A stretch of DNA of 64,000 nucleotides, taken from the NCBI GenBank assembly GCA_000004985.1, contig GG738852.1; one strand, 5' to 3'. Below are positions 9,497 to 21,605 of the stretch, in pieces. Position 1 is the first letter of the stretch. Each line of letters starts with the position of its first letter. The notes below the pieces were generated by a model. The model was not told where the DNA came from and made no database searches. It saw only the letters and a program-made list of their open reading frames with translations. The position numbers and the translations under genes were made by a program. This DNA comes from Naegleria gruberi (lineage: Eukaryota).

Positions 9497-11807
9497 ATGT
9501 TCAGCAACAACGTAGAGCAACCACCACCAACAGCCAGAAGTGCCATGCCTGGAAGTAGGGCTACTACAAGAGGAGGCGCTCGAGGTGTTTCCTTTAGGGA
9601 ACAAGGACACGGAAGTGAGGAAATCGAAGTGATGGTACAAACATTGAACAAACATTTAAAGATGAATCTTACATTGGTATCTTTTGATGAATTGTCAAGT
9701 TCAAAGCCAAGTAGATTATTGGAAGTTTTGAATTCTTTGGTTGGATATTTATCTCCTGAATATAAAGCTGATATTTCTAAGGAATCTCCGGAAGTAACGT
9801 TCCAAAGAATTAGTCAATTTTTAGTAGTAATATTGGGCATGAAAAATTTGAGACAAGAAAATCAGTAAGTTTCTTTTGATTAGTATCCTTAATTAATCGT
9901 AATTATGAATTGTTGCTGCCAATAATAATTTATAAAAGAAATGAACTTGCCCAAGGAATGGTAAATGGAGATAGAAAGACTCTCTACCCAATTCTTTTCA
10001 GTATCTGTTCTAAAATTGAAGATATGCAAAAGAGAGTTTATTTGGCCAAATATATGGTGGAAATTAAGGTACCAGATGAATTTTTAATGGATCAAGAAGT
10101 TAGCTCTGTCTTTCAACAATACAAACAACTTATTCAAACTTTTAAAACAACTCACCAACAGACAACTGCTCTAAGAGATTCTACCCAAGATCCAGAACAG
10201 ATCAAACAACGTATTCTTAAAATGGAACGTGACAAGGAACAATTAAAAGTTAAAAGTGAAGAATTGACTAAAAAGATGAGAGAATTATCTGTAGGTTTTT
10301 TAAATATCAATTTCCAGATAATTTATTTTCATAATAGAATGATTCTGAAGCATTTATTGAGCTAACAAGTAAATTAAATAAGGAACAAGATGAAAGATTT
10401 TCATTGGAAAAAAGTCAACAAGATCAGCTCCATAAGTTGAGAGAAAGTGAAGATAAATTAGCTGTAGTACAAAAAGCATTACAAGAAACAGAGGAAGATA
10501 TTGGAAATGGTGATGTGGATGGACTAATTGAAGGATTAGAAGAAACTGTTTCCAAGTACAGAGAGGATACCCAAACCAAGTTCCCATTGGAACTTCAAGA
10601 AAAACAATACAAGATTGATATTTTAAAGAAGGTATCAAATATGAGCTCAATGACTGATGCCCTTCTTTCAGTGGATAGTGATATTAGAAGATTGAAGGAA
10701 GAAATTACCACTCTTCAAGACGAATTATCTCAAAAAACAGAAAATCAACAAAATAAGGACGATAACAGACTCACATCAATGGTTAAAGTTGTACAGAAAA
10801 AGAAGCAAGATATGGAAAAAAGGCTTCAAACCAATCAAAAGGAATTGAGCAAAGTTCAACAAAAAATCAAAAAAGTTGAAGAAGACTTGAAACAATACGA
10901 AGGCCAAAAGATACCTACACCAGAAGAATTTGAAGCTTTGAAACATGAAGTAATGTCAAAAGCAAACGTTGCTAAAAAGATGAAGGCAGAACTCAGTGAA
11001 TTGAAGAAGGAAAATCTTGTTTTGAGAAGAACTGAGGATATTTTGAAATCAAAGGATGAAAAGGTGGAAGGTTTCTTACGAAAACTGGAACAAGAAAAGG
11101 GTATTCAAGGTTTTAGACAAATTCAAAAAGAAATTATTGACACTTCACAAACAAAGAACGAGATTGATAAGGAGAAGGGAGAAACTCTTGAAGAAATTTC
11201 CAAGATTGTACAGGAACTTAACGAAAAGATAAATGCTCAAAAAGAACGTCTCAAACAACCAGTCAAGCAACTCAAGATTTTGCGTGAAGAACACCAAGTT
11301 GTAGAAAATGAATTCAATGATAAGAAGGCAGTGTATGATAACATCAAGTTGGGACAAGAAAGTGAAGTCAGCAAGTTAAAAACAGATATTAAGGAATTAC
11401 AGGATGAAATTGATAGACAACAAAGTCTTTACTATTTACTTCAAAGTCAAAGCTGCTTGAACAATGCAATCAAGTCAAGACTGGAAGATGAAAAGGAATA
11501 TTTGGATTCAAAGAATTCTGGCAAGCGATTCAGTTTGGAATATCAATCCTATACCTCATACTTGAAGGGTAAGATTGATAAACTCGAACAATTGAGTAAA
11601 GAATTGAGAGAAAAACAAAAGTACATTAAGGAAACCCACGATCCAAACATGAGACAAATTGAACAATTTAGCAATTTGAGAAAGCTGTTAGAATTGAAAC
11701 TGAAGCTTAATAGAGAAGGTATCACAAACAGTAATAATTTGAGACAAGCCTTTGGTAAATCTGACGCATTCTCTCAACAACAAGGTGTTGACAGATTGGT
11801 TTTGTAA
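9497..11807 (+). CDS. IFT81: Intraflagellar transport protein 81 (IFT-B core), 3 exons
   Basis: Exons are 9497..9864, 9939..10290 and 10338..11807. Intron 1 runs gtaagt at 9865 to AG at 9938 (74 nt); intron 2 runs gtaggt at 10291 to AG at 10337 (47 nt). The spliced N-terminus (EEIEVMVQTLNKHLKMNLTLVSFDELSSSKPSRLLEVLNSLVGYL... / TLYPILFSICSKIEDMQKRVYLAKYMVEIKVPDEFLMDQEV) aligns with the IFT81 calponin-homology region (human [25 protein letters not shown]). The rest is long coiled-coil. The three ORF-track pieces lie in three frames, consistent with the two introns. ORF-track starts at 9365 and 10404 are TTG artefacts. Confidence 0.8.
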
Positions 11808-11907
11808 AGTGTATAAAATTTATTGTAATATTTTTTAATCTATTCCATTTACAAATGAAGTACATAAAGAAGAGAAATTATAGTAGCAGTGAAATATATT
11901 CAAAAGT

Positions 11908-13530
11908 TTAATCAAATTTAATACCTTGAGCCAATGGTAAAGTGTTACCATAATTGACTGTGGCAGTAGATCTTCTCATGTATTGCTTCCAAGAATCAGA
12001 ACCACTTTCACGACCACCGCCTGTAGCCTTTTCACCACCAAAAGCACCTCCAATTTCAGCACCATTTGTTGGAATATTAACATTGACAATACCACAATCA
12101 GAACCATTTGGACCAAGCCATTGGAACATGTTAGATTGACTCTTTGTGAATACACTACTGCTCAAACCTTGTTCAACAGAATTATTAATATGAATAGCTT
12201 CATCGAGAGTCTTGAATTTCATAACATAAACAATTGGAACAAAGGTTTCATGTTGAACAACTGGAGCATCATAGGCAATTTCAATAATTGTTGGTTCAAC
12301 ATAATTTCCAGGTCTATCGAGAACATTACCACCATAGAGAATCTTTCCTCCTTGTTGTTTAGCTTGTTCAATAGCTTTCTTATATTGTTGAACTGCATTC
12401 TTTGTGTGCAAAGGTCCACACAAGAAACCAGATTCCTTAATTGGATCACCAATCTTGACATTGGAATAACCCTTCTTTAACTTGGAAATGAATTGATCAT
12501 AGACATTTTCTTGAATAATAAGACGACGAGTAGTGGTACAACGTTGACCAGCAGTACCAACACAAGCAAACAAGACACTTCTGAAAGCAATTTCAAGATC
12601 AGCATCTTCACAAACAATGATAGCATTATTACCACCCAATTCCAATAAAGATTTACCCCATCTATCATCAACAACTTCTCTGACCTTCTTACCAATTTGA
12701 GTACTTCCAGTAAAACTGACTAATCCAATTCTCTTATCAGCAGAAATAGCTTGACCAATATCAGATCCACCAGTCATAATTGTACAAATAGCAGGATCTA
12801 ACTTGTTATCCTTCAAAACTTGTTGAATAATTTTACCAGTTGCAATTGTTGATAATGAAGTTGTTGGAGCACCTTTCCAAACCATAGTATTACCACAAAT
12901 TAAAGCAAGAGCAGCATTCCATCCATAAACAGCAACAGGGAAATTGAATGCAGTAATTGCACCAACAGTTCCGATAGGATTCCACAATTCATACATGGCA
13001 TGGTTTGGTCTTTCACTTGGCATAACTTGACCATTGATCATTCTAGATAAACCAGTTGCAAAATCACAAATATCAACAAATTCTTGAACTTCACCAACAC
13101 CTTCTGGTAAAATCTTACCCATTTCCAAACTAACCAATTTACCCAAATCATTAATATTTTCACGGAGAGCAACACCAATTTGTCTAACAATTTCTCCTCT
13201 GTATGGAGCAGGCTTATTACGCCATTCAATTTCTGCCTTCTTGGTCAATTTCATAGCTTGTTCATATTCGGTAATGGTTGGACCAACAGAAGTAGAAATG
13301 ACTCTATTATCTGATGGTGAAATAGATTGGAAAACTTCACCTGATCCTTTCCATTCTCCTCCAATACAAATACCTGGATTACCTTCTTCAACGAGACCTA
13401 ATCTTGGCAAAAAATCATATTCGGAGAAGGAATATTTTGATGATGAAAAACGCACTTGTTTACTGATAAGATTTTTCACCAAGGAATTGGCGGCTGATGA
13501 TGATTTCTTAGAGATGATTTGTCTTTGCAT
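11908..13530 (-). CDS. ALDH7A1: Alpha-aminoadipic semialdehyde dehydrogenase (antiquitin, ALDH7 family) with N-terminal presequence
   Basis: Near-collinear identity blocks with human ALDH7A1: [115 protein letters not shown] and [14 protein letters not shown]. The N-terminal extension is basic/Ser-rich, mitochondrial-like. Confidence 0.9.
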   Translation of the reverse strand: MQRQIISKKSSSAANSLVKNLISKQVRFSSSKYSFSEYDFLPRLGLVEEGNPGICIGGEWKGSGEVFQSISPSDNRVISTSVGPTITEYEQAMKLTKKAEIEWRNKPAPYRGEIVRQIGVALRENINDLGKLVSLEMGKILPEGVGEVQEFVDICDFATGLSRMINGQVMPSERPNHAMYELWNPIGTVGAITAFNFPVAVYGWNAALALICGNTMVWKGAPTTSLSTIATGKIIQQVLKDNKLDPAICTIMTGGSDIGQAISADKRIGLVSFTGSTQIGKKVREVVDDRWGKSLLELGGNNAIIVCEDADLEIAFRSVLFACVGTAGQRCTTTRRLIIQENVYDQFISKLKKGYSNVKIGDPIKESGFLCGPLHTKNAVQQYKKAIEQAKQQGGKILYGGNVLDRPGNYVEPTIIEIAYDAPVVQHETFVPIVYVMKFKTLDEAIHINNSVEQGLSSSVFTKSQSNMFQWLGPNGSDCGIVNVNIPTNGAEIGGAFGGEKATGGGRESGSDSWKQYMRRSTATVNYGNTLPLAQGIKFD

Positions 13531-13820
13531 TTTTTCAAGTGTTGTAATCTAGAGGTCTTGGGTAAAAGGAGAGCGTTGATTTTTTCGCACCATCTGTGAT
13601 ATTGTAAAAATAGGTGGATGTTTCAATTTAATAGCTTTGTTTTTGAGGGTTCTGTTTTTGTTTGAAGACAAGAATTGCATTTTAATAAATTGAATATATT
13701 TCAAGAGATGGATTAGTGGTTGTAAATTTATTTAAATAAGCAGAGGAAATAAATTCAACAGTCGGCTAATTGAAATTCAACAAAAAAGTTCAAAATAAGG
13801 GATTCGTTATTTGGGATTAT

Positions 13821-15590
13821 TTAAGATATTCTATACCACGTTGAAGCATGTTGTTTCTTTTTAGCTTGATATTCATCTTCAAGATTAGTATTGTAGATTT
13901 GATCGAAAATTTCAAAAGCCTTAATATCTTGATTGAGAAGATCTGAAACCGATTGATTAGTGTACGTTTTAAATCTAGACCGAAGTTCCAAATATCTATC
14001 CAAATCTTCCTCTTGAATAGCTAAACTAGAAAGGGTTAGGAATGGATACGAATTGGTTGGATCAACACTCATAGCCTTCTCCAGTATAGTTGTAATTTCT
14101 TCTTGTGGTCTCCCCATTTTGTGAAGAAGGACAGCTTTCATGTTAAGTAGTGTACACATGTCAGATTTTCTCTCTGGCTCAATTTCAAAACATTTCTCAA
14201 TATCTTTCATTGCCATAAAAGTATCATACATTGAAAATGCTTCTGCTCTGTCCTTATAAATTTGATAATAATCAGGGAAGATTTCCAAACATTTTGAAAA
14301 TTGAACAAATGCCTCTTGGAAATTTCCAGAAATCATGTGCAACACACCAAGTGTCTTGGTACTGTTAACCTTGATAAAAAATTCATCGCTAGGATTGCAC
14401 AATGTGAGAGCCTTGTGAAAACATGAAATTCCCTCTTGCGTCAATTCTCTATTCCCAAACACATTAAATCCTTTCAAATAGCCTATGTTACAATAGGCAT
14501 ATATAAATGAAGGGTCCAATGAATAGGATTCTTCAAAAATTCCAGTCATTGCTTCATTATCTGTACAATCACAAAAGAACATTAATACACCCTCCAAACA
14601 TTTTTGATGGGCTCTACAGTGTCTCCAATGTTTGTCCAAAAATGCATGTGATAATGCAAACATGTCCTTGTTAATATTATTGAGCATGTTTTCCAAATTT
14701 TTAATCTGTCTTCCATTGTAAAGTAATCCAAATTCTGCAAACTTGATACATCCAATTTTTTGGTCTGTTTGTCTATACAGTTCCAAAATGTGATAGTAAA
14801 ACTTTTCCAAAAGAGGATTTTTCCTATACGATGATTCATAGTATCCAATACTAGAAATCAAATGTTGTCTGTAAATGTTCTGTATGGCATCTTTAATGTC
14901 ATCGAACGATGTTTGATCTTTTTCAATTATTTCTCTCATAATTTCCAATGCATGATAGAAAGATTCGTATCTTTGTGTATCCATGTTAACACCACATGTT
15001 GCATGTTGATGTGGTGTACTACTGTGATGCATTCTTTTTACTTTTTTCAATTGAGGCTCTCCACATTCAGAGTTGTTGCATGTTGATGAGGTGAGGTGTT
15101 GCCTTGATTGTAAAAAGTCTAAATATTGATCATGGTAATATTCATGTGCAAATTCTATAACTTCCGTTAATCCCCATGCCTTCAAGTTTTGCCAATCCTC
15201 TTGATTTGGTAATACAGAGCATGTTGTTGTATTTTCTTCAGTGCTAGATATGTGTTGTTGTGATGATGGCCCCACAATTCCATTCAAAATACAATCAATA
15301 GCCATGATGGCCATATCTTTACTCGTCGACTGCAACAAATTCATTACATAAAACTTTTCGCACAGAGAAGAACATGTGGCAAAATCTACCTCTGTCAAAT
15401 TTTGCATTGATTTGGATAGACGATTCCGATTTGTAAATAATGGATTGCCATTTCTACCTGTAATATTTTCACTACCATCAAACAGTGATACTGTTGTTGG
15501 TATTGTTGTTTGTTCTTGTGTTGGTTGGGAATGTGTTTCAGCCTCGTTTTCCCGTTGTTGCTGCTCATGATAGTCCTGCTGATGTTGCAT
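13821..15590 (-). CDS. Hypothetical protein with C-terminal TPR-like helical repeats (589 aa)
   Basis: Intact ORF with ATG start. The C-terminal half shows TPR-like periodicity (YAYCNIGYLKGFNVFGNRELTQEGISCFHKALTLCNPSDEF...FQEAFVQFSKCLEIFPDYYQIYKDRAEAF). No named ortholog recognised. Confidence 0.45.
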   Translation of the reverse strand: MQHQQDYHEQQQRENEAETHSQPTQEQTTIPTTVSLFDGSENITGRNGNPLFTNRNRLSKSMQNLTEVDFATCSSLCEKFYVMNLLQSTSKDMAIMAIDCILNGIVGPSSQQHISSTEENTTTCSVLPNQEDWQNLKAWGLTEVIEFAHEYYHDQYLDFLQSRQHLTSSTCNNSECGEPQLKKVKRMHHSSTPHQHATCGVNMDTQRYESFYHALEIMREIIEKDQTSFDDIKDAIQNIYRQHLISSIGYYESSYRKNPLLEKFYYHILELYRQTDQKIGCIKFAEFGLLYNGRQIKNLENMLNNINKDMFALSHAFLDKHWRHCRAHQKCLEGVLMFFCDCTDNEAMTGIFEESYSLDPSFIYAYCNIGYLKGFNVFGNRELTQEGISCFHKALTLCNPSDEFFIKVNSTKTLGVLHMISGNFQEAFVQFSKCLEIFPDYYQIYKDRAEAFSMYDTFMAMKDIEKCFEIEPERKSDMCTLLNMKAVLLHKMGRPQEEITTILEKAMSVDPTNSYPFLTLSSLAIQEEDLDRYLELRSRFKTYTNQSVSDLLNQDIKAFEIFDQIYNTNLEDEYQAKKKQHASTWYRIS

Positions 15591-16136
15591 AGTTTATAAA
15601 GGTTGAATGGTTTTAGTGCGAGCAGTAATTCAATTTTTTTTTAATGTTGTGATTATTAAGAGATAGAAAGTTAGTGTATGAGAAACATTGACATCTCCAG
15701 TGTAAACAGCACTCAATCCATATTAAGATTGTATTTTACCGAAAGTGAGCAACAAGTTGGAATTATCCGCTGTAGATTAAAGACAAATAACAAATCACTT
15801 TGATTGAGATTTAGCCTCAGGGGTGAAAGTTTGCTTGAATATAGTTCATTGAACAACATGTTTGGGTTTATTGGAGTTTAAGGTGCTGAATGACAACATT
15901 GAGGCAACGTTTACAAAATCTTTCTTGCATTAATATTCTTTCATTTTTATATGAGCATTTTTTTGTATTTACTAGTTTTCAGAATTCTTCTATGATTCCT
16001 TTACAGTTAGTTGAGATAAAGAATAATTCGATTAGCATTATTATTGGTTAAGAATGGAAAATTATTATTCTCCAACTGGCCAAGGAAAGACTACTTTAAT
16101 TTTGGAGGGAAATTTGATTAGATACCACAAATAAAA

Positions 16137-17034
<898 letters not shown>

Positions 17035-17163
17035 ATCTCGTTATCATGTGCTCAGTAATATGGTTGCATGCAAACACAACAACAGAAATAAAACTTAATT
17101 TATAATCTTTACAATTAATTATCATCACTTTTCAATAACTTTGAGTTCTTATGAACATTTCAT

Positions 17164-17886
17164 TTAGACAGACTCAGTTTGAGCCATTTCATTGTTTCGT
17201 GAGAGTGAAAATACCTTTGGTCCCGAAAGGTTTCTTCTGTACATGTATTTCAATGCCAATTGAATACATGCTAAAAACAATCCAATTCCATTAGGAATAT
17301 AAATGGCAGAATTTGAAATTAAATATCCATATAAAAGCCAAGTGAAACTGCAACCAGCACTGGCAGCAGCAAGGAGAAGTTGAATTGATTCGGAATTTTG
17401 CTTTTCCAGAACTTGTTTAATAGTAACAAGAGGACTTCCAAACATGATAACACTTCCAATGGCAGAGATTGCACCCAAATAGCTCACAACCTTATGTGAA
17501 GGAGCAATAAACAATACGAAACTCAATGATAAAATATAAATTACAAGACCAATTGAACATTTTGAAATAAATTCCTCCTTCTTATCAGTAATTCTATAAT
17601 ACAACCAATTATAATAGCAAGCTGCAATAAATCCAACCATATTGGTAATGACCAAAATCATATCCTCGATTATTACTCCATATGTTACCCACAATAATGC
17701 ACTAATACACATTGCAAGATACGGAAAAGGTGTAATATTAGACAAGTCAATGCTTGATTCTCCTAATTCTGTTGTTTTTCCTTGTTTTTGTTTCAGGGCA
17801 CTAGTCAACAATCTATAAGGAGAGTAAAATACAAAGATTGCCAATCCTGTTCCAATCCATCCAATAATATTAATCAGTGCACTCAT
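17164..17886 (-). CDS. SWEET sugar transporter (MtN3/saliva family, 7 TM, two triple-helix bundles)
   Basis: About 240 aa, 7 predicted TM helices in a 3+1+3 arrangement with conserved Pro and Trp/Tyr positions typical of SWEET/SLC50 (FPYLAMCISALLWVTYG; GSPLVTIKQVLEKQNSESIQ...SFTWLLYGYL). The first ATG is at revcomp 17884-17886; the ORF-track start at 17892 is TTG. Confidence 0.7.
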   Translation of the reverse strand: MSALINIIGWIGTGLAIFVFYSPYRLLTSALKQKQGKTTELGESSIDLSNITPFPYLAMCISALLWVTYGVIIEDMILVITNMVGFIAACYYNWLYYRITDKKEEFISKCSIGLVIYILSLSFVLFIAPSHKVVSYLGAISAIGSVIMFGSPLVTIKQVLEKQNSESIQLLLAAASAGCSFTWLLYGYLISNSAIYIPNGIGLFLACIQLALKYMYRRNLSGPKVFSLSRNNEMAQTESV

Positions 17887-18257
17887 TTCCAATAATTATA
17901 ATTATGATGATCTAATTTTCTCTCCTTCCAAAAGGCTGTTTTAATGTAATTTGTAGATGATGATACAATCGGAAGGAATTTTTTTATGATTTGTTTTTTT
18001 AAAATTGGAAAATTAATTGATAGAACAACTCATCAATTTTAACCTTTAAGTTCTGATTTATTAATTTTATGTTTAATAACAATTATTAATAATAATTTCA
18101 AGATACTTGTAATTACAGTAATTCTCCTCCTCTTTTGTCAATTATCTGTAATGAGAACAAAAAGAAGATCAATGGAACATTTGGCCAAGTTCATTCTCTT
18201 CTTCTTGTTCGTAGGGATGATGATTGTGGATGATGAATTGAAACCAAACTTAAAAAA

Positions 18258-20138
18258 ATGATTTCATCAAAACAACAACATGATCGTGATGATGCTATTG
18301 AAAGAGTGGGTGTAATTGTGGATCAAATTCCTGAGGAAATACTTGCTACGATTTCATCGTATTTGGACTTGAAAACAATTGGATATTGTATGAATGTTTC
18401 TAATAGATGGAGATTATCAATTTTGAAGCATTTGAGAATTTGTTATCCGTATAGTCAAAAGAAGGATGTAATTACATTTGTTTCAAAGGAGGTACTTCAT
18501 TTGGATTCTTTTAGACAGGTTAACAAGTTTTGGTTGGGTGTCAATGAATGTGTTGCAATTGATTTAATTTCTAAAGGGAAGGAAACATTTATTGGTGGCT
18601 CTGTTCATAATTTATTGGAAAGGTTAATTGATGCAGTGAATGAATCGGAAATGTCAGATTCAGATCTTTTTGAATTGTCAATGATTTCAAGTGCTGTAAT
18701 TGGCGGGTTCAGTGGCAGTTTGGATTTCATGTCAAATCAACAACGTACCAGTGCATTGAATGGTAGTTTACAGAGTAATGTTTCCTCTCCTACTCCTCCA
18801 GGTCCTTTGCTTGGTTCACCAACTGGAGTTGGTAACATGTTCACACCTGGTTCACCAACAAATGGCGACATTGATACTTCTAATGAGACTATCATTGAGG
18901 CCCATTCATTCCAGAGAACATTTTTCAAAACTTTTGAATCATTCATGACGAAATCTAACTTCCTTAGAATGTGTTTCACTCATTTGATTGATTTGGATAA
19001 TCAACAAGTAGAGTTTAAAGAAAATGAAAAGAGAAGAAAGATTATCAAGCTGATGCAAGTTTTGAACATGTTCGTTCACTATTGTATCAGAATGGATCCT
19101 AGAGATGAGGAAAATGATGACTTGATTGTAATGCAATTGTCTCAATTTTTAGATACCTATTTGATTAATAGTGTGTCATTGGAGGAGAATAACACAAATG
19201 TTCTCAATTCTGTAAAGTATATCAAGGGCGTTCAAGTGAAACATCATTTGTACAACAAATTAGTAGCATTGGAAGAGTTGAGAAAGAAGAGACAATTCAA
19301 AATTGTCAATCCACTTTCTTCATCCTCACTGAAGCCTCAAGATATTAATCGAGAAGTTAATATTTATACAATAGGTCAAGAAGCTCTTGCAGCACAATTG
19401 ACCATTCTCGAGATGGAACACTATAGAAATTTGAGATCGTTTGAATTTGTTGGATTTCCATGGAGAAAGACACCAAACAAGTGCCCTTCCATCATTCTCA
19501 ACAATAAGCACTTTGAAAATGTTGCCAGATGGGTTGCCAATGAAATTGTCCAACCTAAAACAGTTGAAGAAAGAGCCAAGGCCTTTAAATTCTTTATTGA
19601 TATTTGCGTGAATCACTTGTCGAGTTATCAAAACTTTGGAACAATATTTGCCATATCAGCAGGCTTAATGTCTGCCTCAGCCTTCCGTCTGAAACTCACA
19701 AGACAAGAGGCAGGCAGTGAATATGAGGAAAAATTGGAAAATCTCAGAGAAATTGTCAGTTTGAGAGCTAACTTTAGAGTTTTGAGAGGTATATTAGATT
19801 CTCTCAGATCTGAAGCTTGTATACCCTACCTGGGCATGTTCTTGAGCGATTTGAAAAATCTCCACGATTCTTCCAATCAATTGAGAAAATACGTTGAAAA
19901 ATCCAAAGAGCTCAATGAGCAAGGTATTACTTGTGTCAATTGGTTTGTCATTCAGAGAGAATATCAAATAGTTCATCAACTCATGTATTGGAAACAACTT
20001 TTTGAGGATAAATATTTGAATACACTTCAAAAGGATGAAGTCATTCAACTCCGTTTAGATCAATACCTCAATCAATCGAAAGGTTTTGATGAATTATATC
20101 AAGTTAGTTTGAAACGAGAACCAAGAAATAATAATTGA
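18258..20138 (+). CDS. F-box-like / RasGEF (Cdc25-homology) domain protein
   Basis: The N-terminus carries an F-box-like motif (IPEEILATISSYLDLKTIGYCMNVSNRWRLSIL). The C-terminal half is a RasGEF catalytic domain (FEFVGFPWRKTPNKCPSIILNNKHFENVARWVANEIV...YQNFGTIFAISAGLMSASAFRLKLT...IPYLGMFLSDL) with a RasGEF-N-like region before it. Confidence 0.7.
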   Translation: MISSKQQHDRDDAIERVGVIVDQIPEEILATISSYLDLKTIGYCMNVSNRWRLSILKHLRICYPYSQKKDVITFVSKEVLHLDSFRQVNKFWLGVNECVAIDLISKGKETFIGGSVHNLLERLIDAVNESEMSDSDLFELSMISSAVIGGFSGSLDFMSNQQRTSALNGSLQSNVSSPTPPGPLLGSPTGVGNMFTPGSPTNGDIDTSNETIIEAHSFQRTFFKTFESFMTKSNFLRMCFTHLIDLDNQQVEFKENEKRRKIIKLMQVLNMFVHYCIRMDPRDEENDDLIVMQLSQFLDTYLINSVSLEENNTNVLNSVKYIKGVQVKHHLYNKLVALEELRKKRQFKIVNPLSSSSLKPQDINREVNIYTIGQEALAAQLTILEMEHYRNLRSFEFVGFPWRKTPNKCPSIILNNKHFENVARWVANEIVQPKTVEERAKAFKFFIDICVNHLSSYQNFGTIFAISAGLMSASAFRLKLTRQEAGSEYEEKLENLREIVSLRANFRVLRGILDSLRSEACIPYLGMFLSDLKNLHDSSNQLRKYVEKSKELNEQGITCVNWFVIQREYQIVHQLMYWKQLFEDKYLNTLQKDEVIQLRLDQYLNQSKGFDELYQVSLKREPRNNN

Positions 20139-20288
20139 GGTGACTTTGTAAAATAAATCATGATGTATTAAAATCTATTGTTTAATCATACACCAATGTG
20201 CTTGCTATACATATTATGGAGAATCTTATTGAATGTGTTACAAATTATTAATTACAATTATTAATAATTAAATACTTTAAATTAAAAA

Positions 20289-21440
20289 ATGGAACAACAT
20301 GAAACGGAGGAGGAATATTTACCAGCTTCAGAGGAGGAAGATAATCAGCCAGTGGAAGAAGAAGAATACCAAAGAGAGGAAGCCGATGAAGAAAATTCTA
20401 GAATGATGCACGATGATGAAATTATACAACAAAATGATGACACTGAGGAACAACAATCCTTCGGAATGAATGATGAAGAGGATGAAGAACAAGGAGAGGA
20501 AGAGGATCGATTTATGGATCAAGCAGAAATGGAAGAATTAGTAAAGGCTTATCACAGTAAGAAGAGAAATCCACTGGAACATCAGCAAGCTCCCGAAGAA
20601 CAATCACAAGAATTTAATACTGTACACTCTACTAATTCTCAGAATTTAATTGAACAAATTACGAGAAATAAGATTTTCAACTCTATTTATTATAAGGAAG
20701 AATGCTTTGGTTTGAATGCTGCTACAGTAATTGATAAAGCAGAAAATTTGGATTCTATTGGAGGAACTTTTGGAGGGTTGAGAAAACCAACAAATTTTCT
20801 CTCTCTTTTAATGAAAATGTTACAAATTGAAGTGGATTTGGAGTCGACTGTTGCATATATTCATAATGGAGAGTTTAAATACTTGACAGCTTTGGGAGCT
20901 CTCTATTTGAGATTGGTTGGAAATGCTGTAGATGTTTATGAGCAATTGGAACCGCTATATTCAGATTATAGAAAGTTGAGATTAAGACTCATTGATGGTT
21001 CTTGTAAAATTTTGCATATGGATGAATTTATTGAAATGTTACTTACGAGTGATTCATTTTGTGATGTTAAATTGCCATTCCTGCTGAGTAGAAAGGTATT
21101 GGAAAAGAATGGTAAATTGGGTCCATATGTTTCTGCACTTGAAACTAATGAAGAGTATAAGGCAATTGTTGAAATGAAGAATAGAAAGGAAGATCCACAA
21201 CAAGAACCTGAAGAGACTGCTGAGATGAACCCTATAGAAAGTGCCAAACCATCGACTACTACCAAGAAGAAATCTGGATCTGGATTTAAATTAAATTTAA
21301 AGAAGAAATCAACCTCAGCAACCAGTAGCTCATCGAGTACTAATCAAGAAGAATCCTCTGAAAAATCAGGAGATAATTCTCTATCCATTGAGGAAACAAA
21401 CAAATTGAGGATAAGCTTAGGTTTGAAGCCTCTTCTCTAA
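20289..21440 (+). CDS. Pre-mRNA splicing factor PRP38 family protein with acidic N-terminus and Ser-rich C-terminus
   Basis: Conserved PRP38 core: IFNSIYYKEECFGLNAATVIDKAENLDSIGGTFGG..KPTNFLSLLMKMLQIEVDLESTVAYIHNGEFKYLTALGALYLRL...YEQLEPLYSDYRKLR. Flanked by Glu/Asp-rich and Ser-rich tails. Confidence 0.75.
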   Translation: MEQHETEEEYLPASEEEDNQPVEEEEYQREEADEENSRMMHDDEIIQQNDDTEEQQSFGMNDEEDEEQGEEEDRFMDQAEMEELVKAYHSKKRNPLEHQQAPEEQSQEFNTVHSTNSQNLIEQITRNKIFNSIYYKEECFGLNAATVIDKAENLDSIGGTFGGLRKPTNFLSLLMKMLQIEVDLESTVAYIHNGEFKYLTALGALYLRLVGNAVDVYEQLEPLYSDYRKLRLRLIDGSCKILHMDEFIEMLLTSDSFCDVKLPFLLSRKVLEKNGKLGPYVSALETNEEYKAIVEMKNRKEDPQQEPEETAEMNPIESAKPSTTTKKKSGSGFKLNLKKKSTSATSSSSSTNQEESSEKSGDNSLSIEETNKLRISLGLKPLL

Positions 21441-21605
21441 TTTTGTGATTCATTCTTAAATTGGAATCATCAAACTAGGCTCAGCACAGTATTAATAGAA
21501 AATAGATTTACATAAATAAATGATTTGCTATCATTATTCCATTATTCAGGACGATTTAAGGATGCAAAAGATTCAAACAATATCTATAATAATACAAATA
21601 GCCAT

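Noticed and set aside
11983-12480. Several 60-165 aa ORFs overlapping large genes on the opposite strand or in other frames (e.g. 3302..3604, 3541..3837, 11983..12480, 14582..14848, 28282..28689)
   Set aside because: They lie within or antisense to strongly supported conserved CDSs (SGT, ALDH7A1, the epimerase and others). They are low complexity or Leu/Ile/Phe-rich as expected from AT-rich antisense frames, and have no independent similarity.
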